Counted from the first letter of the stretch, positions 9,998-18,125 are shown. The stretch is 40,425 nucleotides of DNA from an uncultured Candidatus Saccharibacteria bacterium (GCA_964644035.1 CAZXUH010000001.1:527720-568144), one strand, 5' to 3'. Notes: generated by a model not told the origin, from the sequence alone. A program made the numbers and translations.

Positions 9998-10612
9998 TTA
10001 TTTCTTTGAGGGATTAAGCGACTTGAGAGCCTTGAGAGCTGCCTGAGCAACGTTGAGCTGGTTCTTACTTGGAGAAACGATCTTTGCCATGACGTCCTTG
10101 ATACCTGCAAGTTCAAGTATACTTCGAGCTGCGCTGCCTGCTACGACTCCTCGTCCTGGAGCTGGCTTGATAATGATGCGTCCGCTTGAGTATTTTGCAT
10201 ACACTTCATGAGGAATAGAATTTGTCTTGGTGATAGGAATGCGAATCATGTGCTTCTTAGCATCACGAAGAGCTTTGTCGATAGCAAGAGAAGTGTCCCC
10301 TGCCTTTCCTAGACCTACACCGACTCGTCCCTTTTTGTCTCCAGCTACAAGAGCAACTGAGAAACTAAATCGTCGTCCACCGGCTACGACACGGGTTACG
10401 CGGCGAAGAGCAATGATCTTCTGTTCAAATTCTGCGCGAGGACGTTCTGCGCGAGCAGGACGATCACCACGATCACGTCGCTTTGCACCCTGACCCTGTG
10501 CACCACCTCGGCCATATGAAGGTCGGCGTGCATCGGTAGGTGCGGCAAGAGGAGCTGCTGTAGGAGCAGGCGCTGCGGCTGGTGTTGGCTGTGTGTTTGT
10601 TTCGTTATCCAT
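9998..10612 (-). CDS. rpsE: 30S ribosomal protein S5 with an Ala/Pro/Arg-rich N-terminal extension
   Basis: S5 core KIIALRRVTRVVAGGRRFSFSVALVAGD... Start set at MDNETN (ATG 10612), which avoids overlap with the rplR stop at 10617-10619. The longest ORF starts at 10654. Confidence 0.9.
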   Translation of the reverse strand: MDNETNTQPTPAAAPAPTAAPLAAPTDARRPSYGRGGAQGQGAKRRDRGDRPARAERPRAEFEQKIIALRRVTRVVAGGRRFSFSVALVAGDKKGRVGVGLGKAGDTSLAIDKALRDAKKHMIRIPITKTNSIPHEVYAKYSSGRIIIKPAPGRGVVAGSAARSILELAGIKDVMAKIVSPSKNQLNVAQAALKALKSLNPSKK

Positions 10613-10616
10613 ATAT

Positions 10617-10961
10617 TTAGAATTTGAGTCCGCCTTCTCGTGCAGCGTCAGCAAGTGCTTTTATCTTTCCTGTATAAATAAATCCCCCTCGATCAAATAC
10701 GACTTTGCTGATCTTGAGAGCTTTTGCCTTCTCTGCAATTCGTGTGCCGACTTTTTTTGCACCTTCAAGCTTTGTACCATCTTTTTCATTTGAAGATTCG
10801 TATGCAAGAGTAACACCCTTGTCATCATTGAGAAGTTGCGCGTAAATGTACTGGTTAGACTTGTAGACAGAAAGACGAGGCATTTCTTCTGTACCCTTGA
10901 CCTTGGCGCGAATGCGCTTGTGACGTCTGTCTCTCTTGAGTGTTTTAATATTAGTATTCAT
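10617..10961 (-). CDS. rplR: 50S ribosomal protein L18
   Basis: 114 aa: RRHKRIRAKVKGT...RLSVYKSNQYIYAQL...FDRGGFIYTGKIKALADAAREGGLKF. Confidence 0.95.
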   Translation of the reverse strand: MNTNIKTLKRDRRHKRIRAKVKGTEEMPRLSVYKSNQYIYAQLLNDDKGVTLAYESSNEKDGTKLEGAKKVGTRIAEKAKALKISKVVFDRGGFIYTGKIKALADAAREGGLKF

Positions 10962-10972
10962 ATTGAGTACGT

Positions 10973-11506
10973 TTATGCAGATTTCTTACCCTGCTTTCTT
11001 CGGATGACTTCATCGTCATAATGAAAACCCTTTCCTTTGTATGGTTCAGGCTTCTTCAAGTCTCGAATATAAGCAGCAAACTGACCAATCTGGTCTTTAT
11101 TTGTACCTGTGAAAGTAACAATACCCTTCTCAGAAGTAACTGTAATACCTTCTGGAATAGCAACTTTGACTGGGTGTGAAAAGCCGAGAGCCATCACAAG
11201 CTCTTTACCCTTTACATCGGCCTTGTAACCAACACCTTCGAGAACAAGCTTTTTGACGTATCCTTCTGAAACCCCCTTGACCATGTTGCTGATATGAGAA
11301 GTGAGAGTGCCACGTGAAGAAACATTGCTTGGATTTTCAGTTTTATTTGAAACAAAAAGTGTTCCTTCTTCGATTTTGACTTCGAGTTCTTCTGGAAGCG
11401 GACGGCTGAGTGAACCTTTAGGTCCTTTTGCAGTCACGACACCAGCACCGACAGTGATTTCTGTCTTAGCGGGAATAAGTACTCCTTTTTTTGCGATTCG
11501 TGACAT
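10973..11506 (-). CDS. rplF: 50S ribosomal protein L6
   Basis: MSRIAKKGVLIP... 177 aa with the two-domain uL6 pattern, in operon order. Confidence 0.95.
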   Translation of the reverse strand: MSRIAKKGVLIPAKTEITVGAGVVTAKGPKGSLSRPLPEELEVKIEEGTLFVSNKTENPSNVSSRGTLTSHISNMVKGVSEGYVKKLVLEGVGYKADVKGKELVMALGFSHPVKVAIPEGITVTSEKGIVTFTGTNKDQIGQFAAYIRDLKKPEPYKGKGFHYDDEVIRRKQGKKSA

Positions 11507-11512
11507 AAATAA

Positions 11513-11905
11513 TTACCAAATTCTAAAGAGAGGTTCACCTCCAACCTTTTCCTTGCGAGCTTCGATGCCCGTAAGAATACCCTTTGGAGTTGAGAGAATA
11601 AGTCGACCATATCCCTGTCGTACAGGGCGAATTTCAGAGAAACCGTAGTACATTCGCTTCGATACCTTTGAAATTCGCTCTACGTCGTTGATGCGTGGCT
11701 TACCATCTGTATAGATGAGTTCCATCTCAAGACTCTTCTGAACCTTCTTTCCCTTCTTTGTTGCTGATTTAATGTAGCCTTCCTTGACCAAGACATCAGC
11801 AATCGATGCCTTGTACGCAGAATAAGGAACGGTAACAATGTCCTTCTTTGCGAGGCTTGCATTTTTAAGCTGTATGATCAAATCTGAAACGGAATCGGTT
11901 GTCAT
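11513..11905 (-). CDS. rpsH: 30S ribosomal protein S8
   Basis: DSVSDLIIQLKNA...ILSTPKGILT...GGEPLFRIW, in operon order. Confidence 0.95.
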   Translation of the reverse strand: MTTDSVSDLIIQLKNASLAKKDIVTVPYSAYKASIADVLVKEGYIKSATKKGKKVQKSLEMELIYTDGKPRINDVERISKVSKRMYYGFSEIRPVRQGYGRLILSTPKGILTGIEARKEKVGGEPLFRIW

Positions 11906-11908
11906 AAA

Positions 11909-12094
11909 TTACCAAGAAGATTTTTTAATACCTGGGATCATGCCTTCGTTTGCAAGTTCGCGGAAACAGATTCTGCACATGTCGAAGTCACGCATATATC
12001 CATGTTTACGGCCACATTTGAAGCATCGTCGAACAACTCTCGAAGAAAATTTCGGCTTCTTAAGCGATCGAACAAATGTTGAAGTTTTTGCCAT
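11909..12094 (-). CDS. rpsN: 30S ribosomal protein S14, zinc-binding type Z
   Basis: 61 aa with CFKCGR...CRICFRE (two CxxC pairs), ending in W. Confidence 0.95.
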   Translation of the reverse strand: MAKTSTFVRSLKKPKFSSRVVRRCFKCGRKHGYMRDFDMCRICFRELANEGMIPGIKKSSW

Positions 12095-12167
12095 AAATGA
12101 AAAATGCTCAAGTGAGAGCTTCGCAGTATCTTAGCAAGAGACCCCCCCAAAGTCAAACAAAATACCC

Positions 12168-12701
12168 TTATTTCTTAAAAGGAAATCCGATAATTTCGAG
12201 AAACCTTGAAGTCTGTTTTGGATCCTTGATCGAGGTCGTAACAGAGATACCAAGTCCGAATACGTCCTTGATTTCCTCATCGCTCGTTTCAGGGAAAATC
12301 ACATGCTCCTTGATACCAAGGCTGTAGTTGCCCATATTGTCGACTGACTTAGGGTTTATACCGCGAAAGTCTCGAGTACGAGGCAAAGCAATGTTGATCA
12401 GACGATCAAGAAAGTCATACATTCTCTGACCGCGAAGAGTGATCTGGTAGCCAACAATGTCTCCCTGACGTGTCTTGAAAGCAGCAATAGACTGCTTTGC
12501 ACCACGAGAGATCCCCTTTTGACCAGTGATCTTAGCGATTCGGTCAGCAACGAGTTCTGTTTTCTTTTTGTCTTTAATAGATCCAACACCGGCTGATACA
12601 ACAACCTTGGTGATCTTAGGAGCCTGCATGACATTTACATAGCCAAATTCTGGCTTCATGATATTGTATGCGTCTTTTATTTTTTCTTTAATAGGTTTCA
12701 T
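12168..12701 (-). CDS. rplE: 50S ribosomal protein L5
   Basis: 177 aa: NVMQAPKITKVVVSAGVG...FRGINPKSVDNMGNYSLGIKEHVIFPE. Confidence 0.95.
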   Translation of the reverse strand: MKPIKEKIKDAYNIMKPEFGYVNVMQAPKITKVVVSAGVGSIKDKKKTELVADRIAKITGQKGISRGAKQSIAAFKTRQGDIVGYQITLRGQRMYDFLDRLINIALPRTRDFRGINPKSVDNMGNYSLGIKEHVIFPETSDEEIKDVFGLGISVTTSIKDPKQTSRFLEIIGFPFKK

Positions 12702-12712
12702 GTCCGTGTAGA

Positions 12713-12970
12713 TTATTTGGCAGGAACTTTTCTTGTACCCTTACCTGTTTTTGCATCAATATGCATTGCGTTTGAAGCGTGAATCGGAGATTCAATTGAA
12801 ATAATTGATCCTTTCTGACCCTGCTTCATTGGGCGCTGATGCTTTTTCTTCATATTGATTCCTTCGACAAGAATCTGAGTAGTTGCAGGAAAAGCCTTAA
12901 GCACTTTGGCCTTTTTTCCTTTGTCTTTGCCTGCCACTATGATAACTGTGTCTCCTTTTTTGATTTTCAT
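12713..12970 (-). CDS. rplX: 50S ribosomal protein L24
   Basis: MKIKKGDTVIIVAGKDKGK... KOW motif, in operon order. Confidence 0.95.
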   Translation of the reverse strand: MKIKKGDTVIIVAGKDKGKKAKVLKAFPATTQILVEGINMKKKHQRPMKQGQKGSIISIESPIHASNAMHIDAKTGKGTRKVPAK

Positions 12971-12973
12971 GGT

Positions 12974-13345
12974 TTATACGATTTCAGGTGCAAGTGAAGC
13001 AATCTTCTGGAAGCCCTTTTCTGCAATTTCACGAGGGATAGGACCGAAGACACGTCCAGCAATAGGATCCTGCTTTCCTTTTTCAAGAATGATGACTGCG
13101 TTTTCATCGAAACGAATGTATGATCCATCCTTTCTTCGGAATGGCTGCTTTGAACGTACAACTACAGCCTGAAGAACATCTTTCTTCTTTATTGCTTTGC
13201 GAGGTTCTGCTTTTTGAACAGAAAGGACGACAACATCGCCGATACCAGCATAGCGCTTCTTAGAACTGCCGAGCACTTTGAAAATTCGGCCGATTTTGCC
13301 GCCGCAGTTGTCGCTTATTCGTACTATCGAGCGAGGTTGTATCAT
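12974..13345 (-). CDS. rplN: 50S ribosomal protein L14
   Basis: MIQPRSIVRISDNCGGK...RFDENAVIIL...RVFGPIPRE. Confidence 0.95.
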   Translation of the reverse strand: MIQPRSIVRISDNCGGKIGRIFKVLGSSKKRYAGIGDVVVLSVQKAEPRKAIKKKDVLQAVVVRSKQPFRRKDGSYIRFDENAVIILEKGKQDPIAGRVFGPIPREIAEKGFQKIASLAPEIV

Positions 13346-13346
13346 A

Positions 13347-13598
13347 TTAGACTATTTTAAAATGCTTATGACGAGAAATCGGAGCAGTCTCTTCTATTTC
13401 TACCTTCTCCCCGACTTTCTTTGTATTGCCAGCATCATGCACCTTGTACTTCTTTCGGTATGTTACGAATTTCTGGTATTTTGGGTGCTTCATGTATCTC
13501 TCAACAACCACCACAATCGTGTCTTTCATCTTGCTCGAAAAGACAACACCAGTGAGGCGTTTCTTTTTTGAGACTGATTGTGTTTCTGTTTTAGTCAT
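13347..13598 (-). CDS. rpsQ: 30S ribosomal protein S17
   Basis: 83 aa: GVVFSSKMKDTIVVVVERYMKHPKYQKF. Confidence 0.95.
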   Translation of the reverse strand: MTKTETQSVSKKKRLTGVVFSSKMKDTIVVVVERYMKHPKYQKFVTYRKKYKVHDAGNTKKVGEKVEIEETAPISRHKHFKIV

Positions 13599-13639
13599 GA
13601 TGTTGTGCTATTTCTACATTATTTGCCCACTATTGGCAA

Positions 13640-13834
13640 CTAAGCCACCTTTTGCTTCTTTCTGAGAGTAAGCTCGGTCATTGCTCGGGCAATTTCCTTT
13701 CTAACATTTCGAGAAAGTTTTACATTCTTCGTGCCTGCGCCTGAGAGTGTGAAACGGAATTTTCGAACTTCTTCACGCTTTTCGTGGACGAATTTCTGAA
13801 TATCCTTGATATCTGCTTTTTTAACGTCTTTCAT
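13640..13834 (-). CDS. rpmC: 50S ribosomal protein L29
   Basis: 64-aa helical basic protein located between rplP and rpsQ. Confidence 0.9.
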   Translation of the reverse strand: MKDVKKADIKDIQKFVHEKREEVRKFRFTLSGAGTKNVKLSRNVRKEIARAMTELTLRKKQKVA

Positions 13835-13844
13835 AATATGTAAA

Positions 13845-14264
13845 TTAGTGAGCGCGAGCTACGATCTTAGTCTTCACAGGAAGCTTTGTGCCAGCCTTTC
13901 TAAGCGCTTCACGAGCTTCTGCTTCAGGAATACCATCGATTTCAAAAAGAATACGACCTGCTCGAACCTGGACCTGATAGCCCTGAGGATCTCCTTTTCC
14001 CTTTCCCATTTTTACTTCTGCTGGCTTCTGGGTGTAAGGCATATCAGGGAAAACTCGGATCCAAACTTTACCAGCTTTTGAAACAGCACGAGAAAGAACC
14101 TTTCGAGAAGCTTCGATCTGATTTCCACGAATGCGGTGAGGAGTGATGGCTTTGAGACCAAAAGATCCGAAAGCAAGGCTAATACCACGAGTTTCAACAC
14201 CCACCTTCTCTGGGTGAACCCTCATCGTATGCCATTTTCTAAATTTTACTTTCTTGGGAAACAT
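13845..14264 (-). CDS. rplP: 50S ribosomal protein L16
   Basis: MFPKKVKFRKWH...KMGKGKGDPQGY. Confidence 0.95.
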   Translation of the reverse strand: MFPKKVKFRKWHTMRVHPEKVGVETRGISLAFGSFGLKAITPHRIRGNQIEASRKVLSRAVSKAGKVWIRVFPDMPYTQKPAEVKMGKGKGDPQGYQVQVRAGRILFEIDGIPEAEAREALRKAGTKLPVKTKIVARAH

Positions 14265-14270
14265 GGAAGT

Positions 14271-14936
14271 TTATTTACCTTTCTTCTTAAAAATATCACC
14301 TCGGTAGATCCAGACCTTGATGCCAATATCACCATAGGTCATATGAGCCTTTTCTCGAGCAAAATCTACGTCTGCACGAAGAGTCTGAAGAGGAATTCGT
14401 CCCTTCTTAAGCTCTTCTTCTCGGGCAATATCAGCTCCAGCAAGACGACCGTAGAGACCGACTTTGACACCTTGTACGTCTCGATTTGCCATAACCTTTT
14501 CAATCGTCTGCTTCATGACACGTCGGTATGCAAGACGCTTTTCAAGACCTTCTGCAATCATCTGTCCGACAATTGCAGCATTTGATTCTGGAGATCGAAC
14601 TTCTTCAATATCGAGTTTGAGTTCCTGACGGCTGTTTGGACTTACTTTTTGAATCACCTTCTGGAGTTCAGCACGGATTTTCTGTGCACCTTCCCCACTT
14701 CGGCCAATGATCATACCTGGGCGTGAAGTTTTGATGATAACGCGAAGCATTTTTTCACCGCGTTCGATTTCAACAACAGCTACATACATACCTCGGAGTT
14801 TCTTATCAAGAAACTGTCGAATCAAAATATCTGTTTTCAAATATTCCTTGAACTTATCATTTACTCCGAACCAGCGGCTTTTCCAGTCACGAATGATACC
14901 AAGTCTATGAGCGTATGGATGGACTTTGTGAGACAT
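14271..14936 (-). CDS. rpsC: 30S ribosomal protein S3
   Basis: MSHKVHPYAHRLGIIRDWKSRWF..., with KH and S3-C domains. Confidence 0.95.
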   Translation of the reverse strand: MSHKVHPYAHRLGIIRDWKSRWFGVNDKFKEYLKTDILIRQFLDKKLRGMYVAVVEIERGEKMLRVIIKTSRPGMIIGRSGEGAQKIRAELQKVIQKVSPNSRQELKLDIEEVRSPESNAAIVGQMIAEGLEKRLAYRRVMKQTIEKVMANRDVQGVKVGLYGRLAGADIAREEELKKGRIPLQTLRADVDFAREKAHMTYGDIGIKVWIYRGDIFKKKGK

Positions 14937-14937
14937 A

Positions 14938-15282
14938 TTATTTCTTAGAATTTTTTGCTGCTGAAGAAAGCACTACTTTGACATGACTCGTGCGCTTCTT
15001 GATAGGAAAACCGCGACCGCGTGCGCGAGGCATCATGCGCTTGAGAACAGCGCCCTGATCAATTCTGATCGAGCTAATCGTCAAATCAGCCTTAACAAGG
15101 CCCTGATTTTCAGCATTTGCTACTGCAGAGAGAATAAGCTTCTTGATAGGATTCGCTGCGCGCTTGCCAGCAAAATCAAGAAGTTGAATAGCTTTGTCGA
15201 TGGACTTACCGCGAACAAGATCAGCTACTATGCGAACTTTTCGGGGAGACTGGCGATAATCTGATAGAGATGCGGTAACCAT
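14938..15282 (-). CDS. rplV: 50S ribosomal protein L22
   Basis: YRQSPRKVRIVADLVRGKSIDKAIQLL. Confidence 0.95.
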   Translation of the reverse strand: MVTASLSDYRQSPRKVRIVADLVRGKSIDKAIQLLDFAGKRAANPIKKLILSAVANAENQGLVKADLTISSIRIDQGAVLKRMMPRARGRGFPIKKRTSHVKVVLSSAAKNSKK

Positions 15283-15285
15283 AAA

Positions 15286-15630
15286 TTATTTCTTTGCGTC
15301 TGTCGTAGCAACCTTGGCTGATTGTGCTGCTGCAATTTCTGCTTCTTTCTTTTTCTGTTCGAGCTCTTTCTGCATCTTACCGCCGTGCTTATTGAACTTG
15401 CGCGTGAGCGAAAATTCACCCAATCTGTGACCCACCATTTCCTCGCTTACGAGCACTTCGATATGATCCTTACCATTGTGCACGCCAAACTTAAAACCCA
15501 CCATTTCAGGAGAGATCTGGCTGCGTCGTGCCCACGTCTTAATCACCTCGGAAGTACCGGGTTTCTTTCCTTCAATCTTCTGAAGGAGACGTTCATCGAC
15601 ATATGGACCTTTTTTAAGTGATCGTGACAT
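15286..15630 (-). CDS. rpsS: 30S ribosomal protein S19 with a Lys/Ala-rich C-terminal tail
   Basis: Canonical N-terminus [13 protein letters not shown] at ATG 15630. The ORF-track start at 15651 is a GTG seven codons upstream. Confidence 0.93.
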   Translation of the reverse strand: MSRSLKKGPYVDERLLQKIEGKKPGTSEVIKTWARRSQISPEMVGFKFGVHNGKDHIEVLVSEEMVGHRLGEFSLTRKFNKHGGKMQKELEQKKKEAEIAAAQSAKVATTDAKK

Positions 15631-15670
15631 ACAGTAAATAAAAGAGCTCACAGAGAGCTTGGTTTCAAAT

Positions 15671-15697
15671 ATTATATGAAGTGCCCTCTAAAGTCAA
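15671..15697 (-). promoter_or_regulatory. Candidate sigma70-type promoter for rpsS and the downstream spc genes
   Basis: On the minus strand: TTGACT (15697-15692), 15 nt, TATAAT (15676-15671), about 40 nt upstream of the rpsS ATG. The 15-nt spacer is suboptimal. Confidence 0.35.
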
Positions 15698-15746
15698 ATA
15701 ATATCTGCCTATAGGCTTCTTAGGGCTTTTTTGATGTTTGGTACCA

Positions 15747-15774
15747 TTGACATAGTGTAAAAATATGATAAAAT
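15747..15774 (+). promoter_or_regulatory. Near-consensus extended -10 promoter for the inserted 321-aa gene
   Basis: TTGACA (15747-15752), 16 nt, TAAAAT (15769-15774), with TG at 15766-15767 (TGnTAAAAT). Downstream lie a 7-bp stem-loop GAAAGGG-gtgtt-CCCTTTC (15784-15802) and AAGGAGG (15836-15842) 6 nt before ATG 15849. Confidence 0.55.
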
Positions 15775-15848
15775 GTATAGGTAGAAAGGGGTGTTCCCTT
15801 TCACACTAGTTCATTGTCGTTTCTCACGAATCTATAAGGAGGCTCTAT

Positions 15849-16814
15849 ATGAGCAACCGATTCCGAAGGATCATTACCCATGTTCGACCCCATTTGGACG
15901 AGCTTTTGGCCATCAAACTGCTCTGGCAGTACGGTGGAAAAAAGTATCCTGGTATCCAGGATGCCAGCATCGAGTACTGCGGTACCGGTGAGGATCCTGA
16001 AAAGAAGTCCTGGCAACAACACTTCAATGAAGGAACCATTTTGGTCGGCGTTGGTGGCGGTCCGTTCGACGAACACCCTGCCATAACCGGCGAAGCGCGC
16101 AAGGACAAGGAGTCAGCGTGTTCTCTCGTCGCCAAAGACCTTGGTCTCGAGAAGCACCCGCTCTGGAAACAATTGGTTGACTGGGTAACCGAGTCCGATC
16201 AGACCGGAGTTCATCCTCTGCACGTTGCCAACCTCATGAAGGACGCATACCGGGTCGAGGATGACTACGCGGTTGCTATGGACCTCGGCTTCGCTATGAT
16301 CGACAGGAAGGCACGGGTTCAACAGCTTTTTTTGGAGGCACAAAAATACCTCCGAAATCTGGACGGCACCGACAGACACCACAAAATCGTCGGTCGATCA
16401 GATCGAGATCTCGATCTCGTCGTCGACGACTCTGACAACTTCCAGATTGGCGCTGCAGCTCGATCACTCAAGATTGCAATCGTCCTTCAGCGCCAACCCT
16501 CCGGCAACGTCCAGGTGTTCTGCAATTCAGATCGCTACGATTTCAAGATGACCTACGTCATCACCAAAATCAGAGAGGCAGAAATTGTCGCTCAGGGCGG
16601 CAGCAAGAATTCCGCCAGGGCAATTCCTTTTGAAGAATTGTCTCGGGCTGGGAAAATTCCCCAGGTTCCAAACTGGTTTTACCAGATTCCTGGCGAAAAT
16701 CTGCTGAACGGTAGTGAATCCACTCCGGACACAAAACCCACCAAAATCCCCTTCGACAAACTCATCAAGATCGTTCACACCAACCTCTTTGCTGAGTCGG
16801 CTGTTGCGGCTTAG
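15849..16814 (+). CDS. Orphan protein with MYG1/UPF0160-like (DHH-superfamily metal-dependent hydrolase) motifs, inserted antisense in the rplB|rpsS junction
   Basis: 321-aa ORF with a strong SD, its own promoter and its own terminator. Motifs in MYG1 order: ITHVRPHLDELLAIKLL (compare THNGTFHCDEALACALL), VGVGGGPFDEH (compare DVGG.YD...DHH), IAIVLQRQPSGNVQVFCN (compare FVIYTDQAGQWRIQCV) and IPQVPNWFYQIPGENLLNG (compare IPGCIFVHASGFIGG). Family assignment is by eye only. Confidence 0.8.
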   Translation: MSNRFRRIITHVRPHLDELLAIKLLWQYGGKKYPGIQDASIEYCGTGEDPEKKSWQQHFNEGTILVGVGGGPFDEHPAITGEARKDKESACSLVAKDLGLEKHPLWKQLVDWVTESDQTGVHPLHVANLMKDAYRVEDDYAVAMDLGFAMIDRKARVQQLFLEAQKYLRNLDGTDRHHKIVGRSDRDLDLVVDDSDNFQIGAAARSLKIAIVLQRQPSGNVQVFCNSDRYDFKMTYVITKIREAEIVAQGGSKNSARAIPFEELSRAGKIPQVPNWFYQIPGENLLNGSESTPDTKPTKIPFDKLIKIVHTNLFAESAVAA

Positions 16815-16831
16815 TCAGATTGCGAGAAACG

Positions 16832-16861
16832 AAAAACCCCACACATTATGTGGGGTTTTTC
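16832..16861. terminator. Bidirectional rho-independent terminator shared by the inserted gene (+) and rplB (-)
   Basis: aaaaa-CCCCACA-catta-TGTGGGG-ttttt lies between the stop at 16814 (+) and the stop at 16873 (-). It reads as hairpin plus U-run on both strands. Confidence 0.75.
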
Positions 16862-16872
16862 TATACCTTGAT

Positions 16873-17727
16873 TTAAACTGTCTCTTTCTTTTTCTTTCCA
16901 ACCTTTCGTCGAGAAACGATAAGTGAGTTTGAGTATTTCTTTGCTCGGCGTGACTTCTGTCCCTTTCCAGTAGGTTTGCCGTAGATAGATTTTGCTCGGC
17001 GTGTACCTCGTCCCTGTCGGCCTTCACCACCACCATATGGATGATCCACAGGGTTCATAGCTGTACCACGAACTGTAGGACGAATACCCAACCATCGGCT
17101 GCGTCCAGCTTTACCCATAATTACGAGTCGGTTTTCATCGTTTGAAACTTCACCGATCGATGCCCATGCAGCATCAGGAATCTTGCGAACTTCAGATGAA
17201 GGAAGTTTGACGTGTGTCATACCAGCATCCTGAGCAATAACTTCGGCATAGTTGCCTGCTGAACGGCCTATTTTACCGCCACCTTGAGGCTTGATCTCTA
17301 CGTTGTATACAAAGGTGCCAACTGGAATATTTTTGAGAGGAAGACGATTACCAGGTTTTACTTCTGCCTTTTCAGAAACCATAAATGTGTCCCCTACCTT
17401 GAGAGACTTTGGAAGAAGAACGTATCGCTTCTCACCATCAGAATACTGAGCAAGGGAAATAAATCCTGTTCGGTTTGGATCGTATTCAACGCTAACAATT
17501 TTTGCTGAGACATTCTTTTTATTGTAGACGAAATCGATTTCACGATAGAGACGCTTGTGACCTGAACCCTTGTGTCGTGTGGTGATGCGGCCTGTATTGT
17601 TTCTTCCAACATCGCGCTTGCGACCAAATGTAAGAGCCTTGTAAGGTTCGTTGGATGTAATGATATCTCGGTATGAAATACCTGAATAGTTTCTTCGAGA
17701 TGGACTTGTTGGTTTGTAGTGCTTCAT
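16873..17727 (-). CDS. rplB: 50S ribosomal protein L2
   Basis: 284 aa: GRNNTGRITTRHKGSGHKRLYR...HPYGGGEGR. Confidence 0.95.
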   Translation of the reverse strand: MKHYKPTSPSRRNYSGISYRDIITSNEPYKALTFGRKRDVGRNNTGRITTRHKGSGHKRLYREIDFVYNKKNVSAKIVSVEYDPNRTGFISLAQYSDGEKRYVLLPKSLKVGDTFMVSEKAEVKPGNRLPLKNIPVGTFVYNVEIKPQGGGKIGRSAGNYAEVIAQDAGMTHVKLPSSEVRKIPDAAWASIGEVSNDENRLVIMGKAGRSRWLGIRPTVRGTAMNPVDHPYGGGEGRQGRGTRRAKSIYGKPTGKGQKSRRAKKYSNSLIVSRRKVGKKKKETV

Positions 17728-17732
17728 GGTGA

Positions 17733-18125
17733 TTATGCAAATTCTATCTTGTCGCCCTTCTGAAGTACGACGTAGGCCTTTTTAATACCAGACTTGTGGC
17801 CAATTTTGCCGCGAACAATAACCTGCTTTGCCGGATTGCGAGCAATCGTAATCTTGGCCGGTGCGACGTTGTAAATCGCTTTGACTGCTTTGGCAATAAC
17901 AGGCTTCGAAGCATCGGTATTTACTTCAAAGACATATGTATTGGCTTCTGCAAGCAATGTTGCCTTCTCAGTAATATGCGGACGAATAATAACACTCTGA
18001 AGTGAATCCTTTCGTACTGCAAGGCCATCGCTCTTAATAGCAGGAGCAGCAACTTTCTTTGAAGTTTCTTTCTTCACTTTCTTCTCAACCTTCTCTTCTT
18101 TTGTTTTTCTTGAAAAAATAGACAT
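17733..18125 (-). CDS. rplW: 50S ribosomal protein L23 with a Lys-rich N-terminal extension
   Basis: Core SVIIRPHITEKATLLAEANTYVFEV...KAIYNV is preceded by about 40 Lys/Glu-rich residues. Confidence 0.9.
   Translation of the reverse strand: MSIFSRKTKEEKVEKKVKKETSKKVAAPAIKSDGLAVRKDSLQSVIIRPHITEKATLLAEANTYVFEVNTDASKPVIAKAVKAIYNVAPAKITIARNPAKQVIVRGKIGHKSGIKKAYVVLQKGDKIEFA

Noticed and set aside
15801-16382. Minus-strand ORFs (15801-16076, 15845-16135, 16113-16382, and 16527-16778) and alternative plus-frame ORFs overlapping the 321-aa gene
   Set aside because: They are shadow ORFs expected in a GC-richer segment. They have no SD or promoter, whereas the plus-strand 15849 frame has a promoter, an SD, a terminator and motif-level similarity to a protein family.
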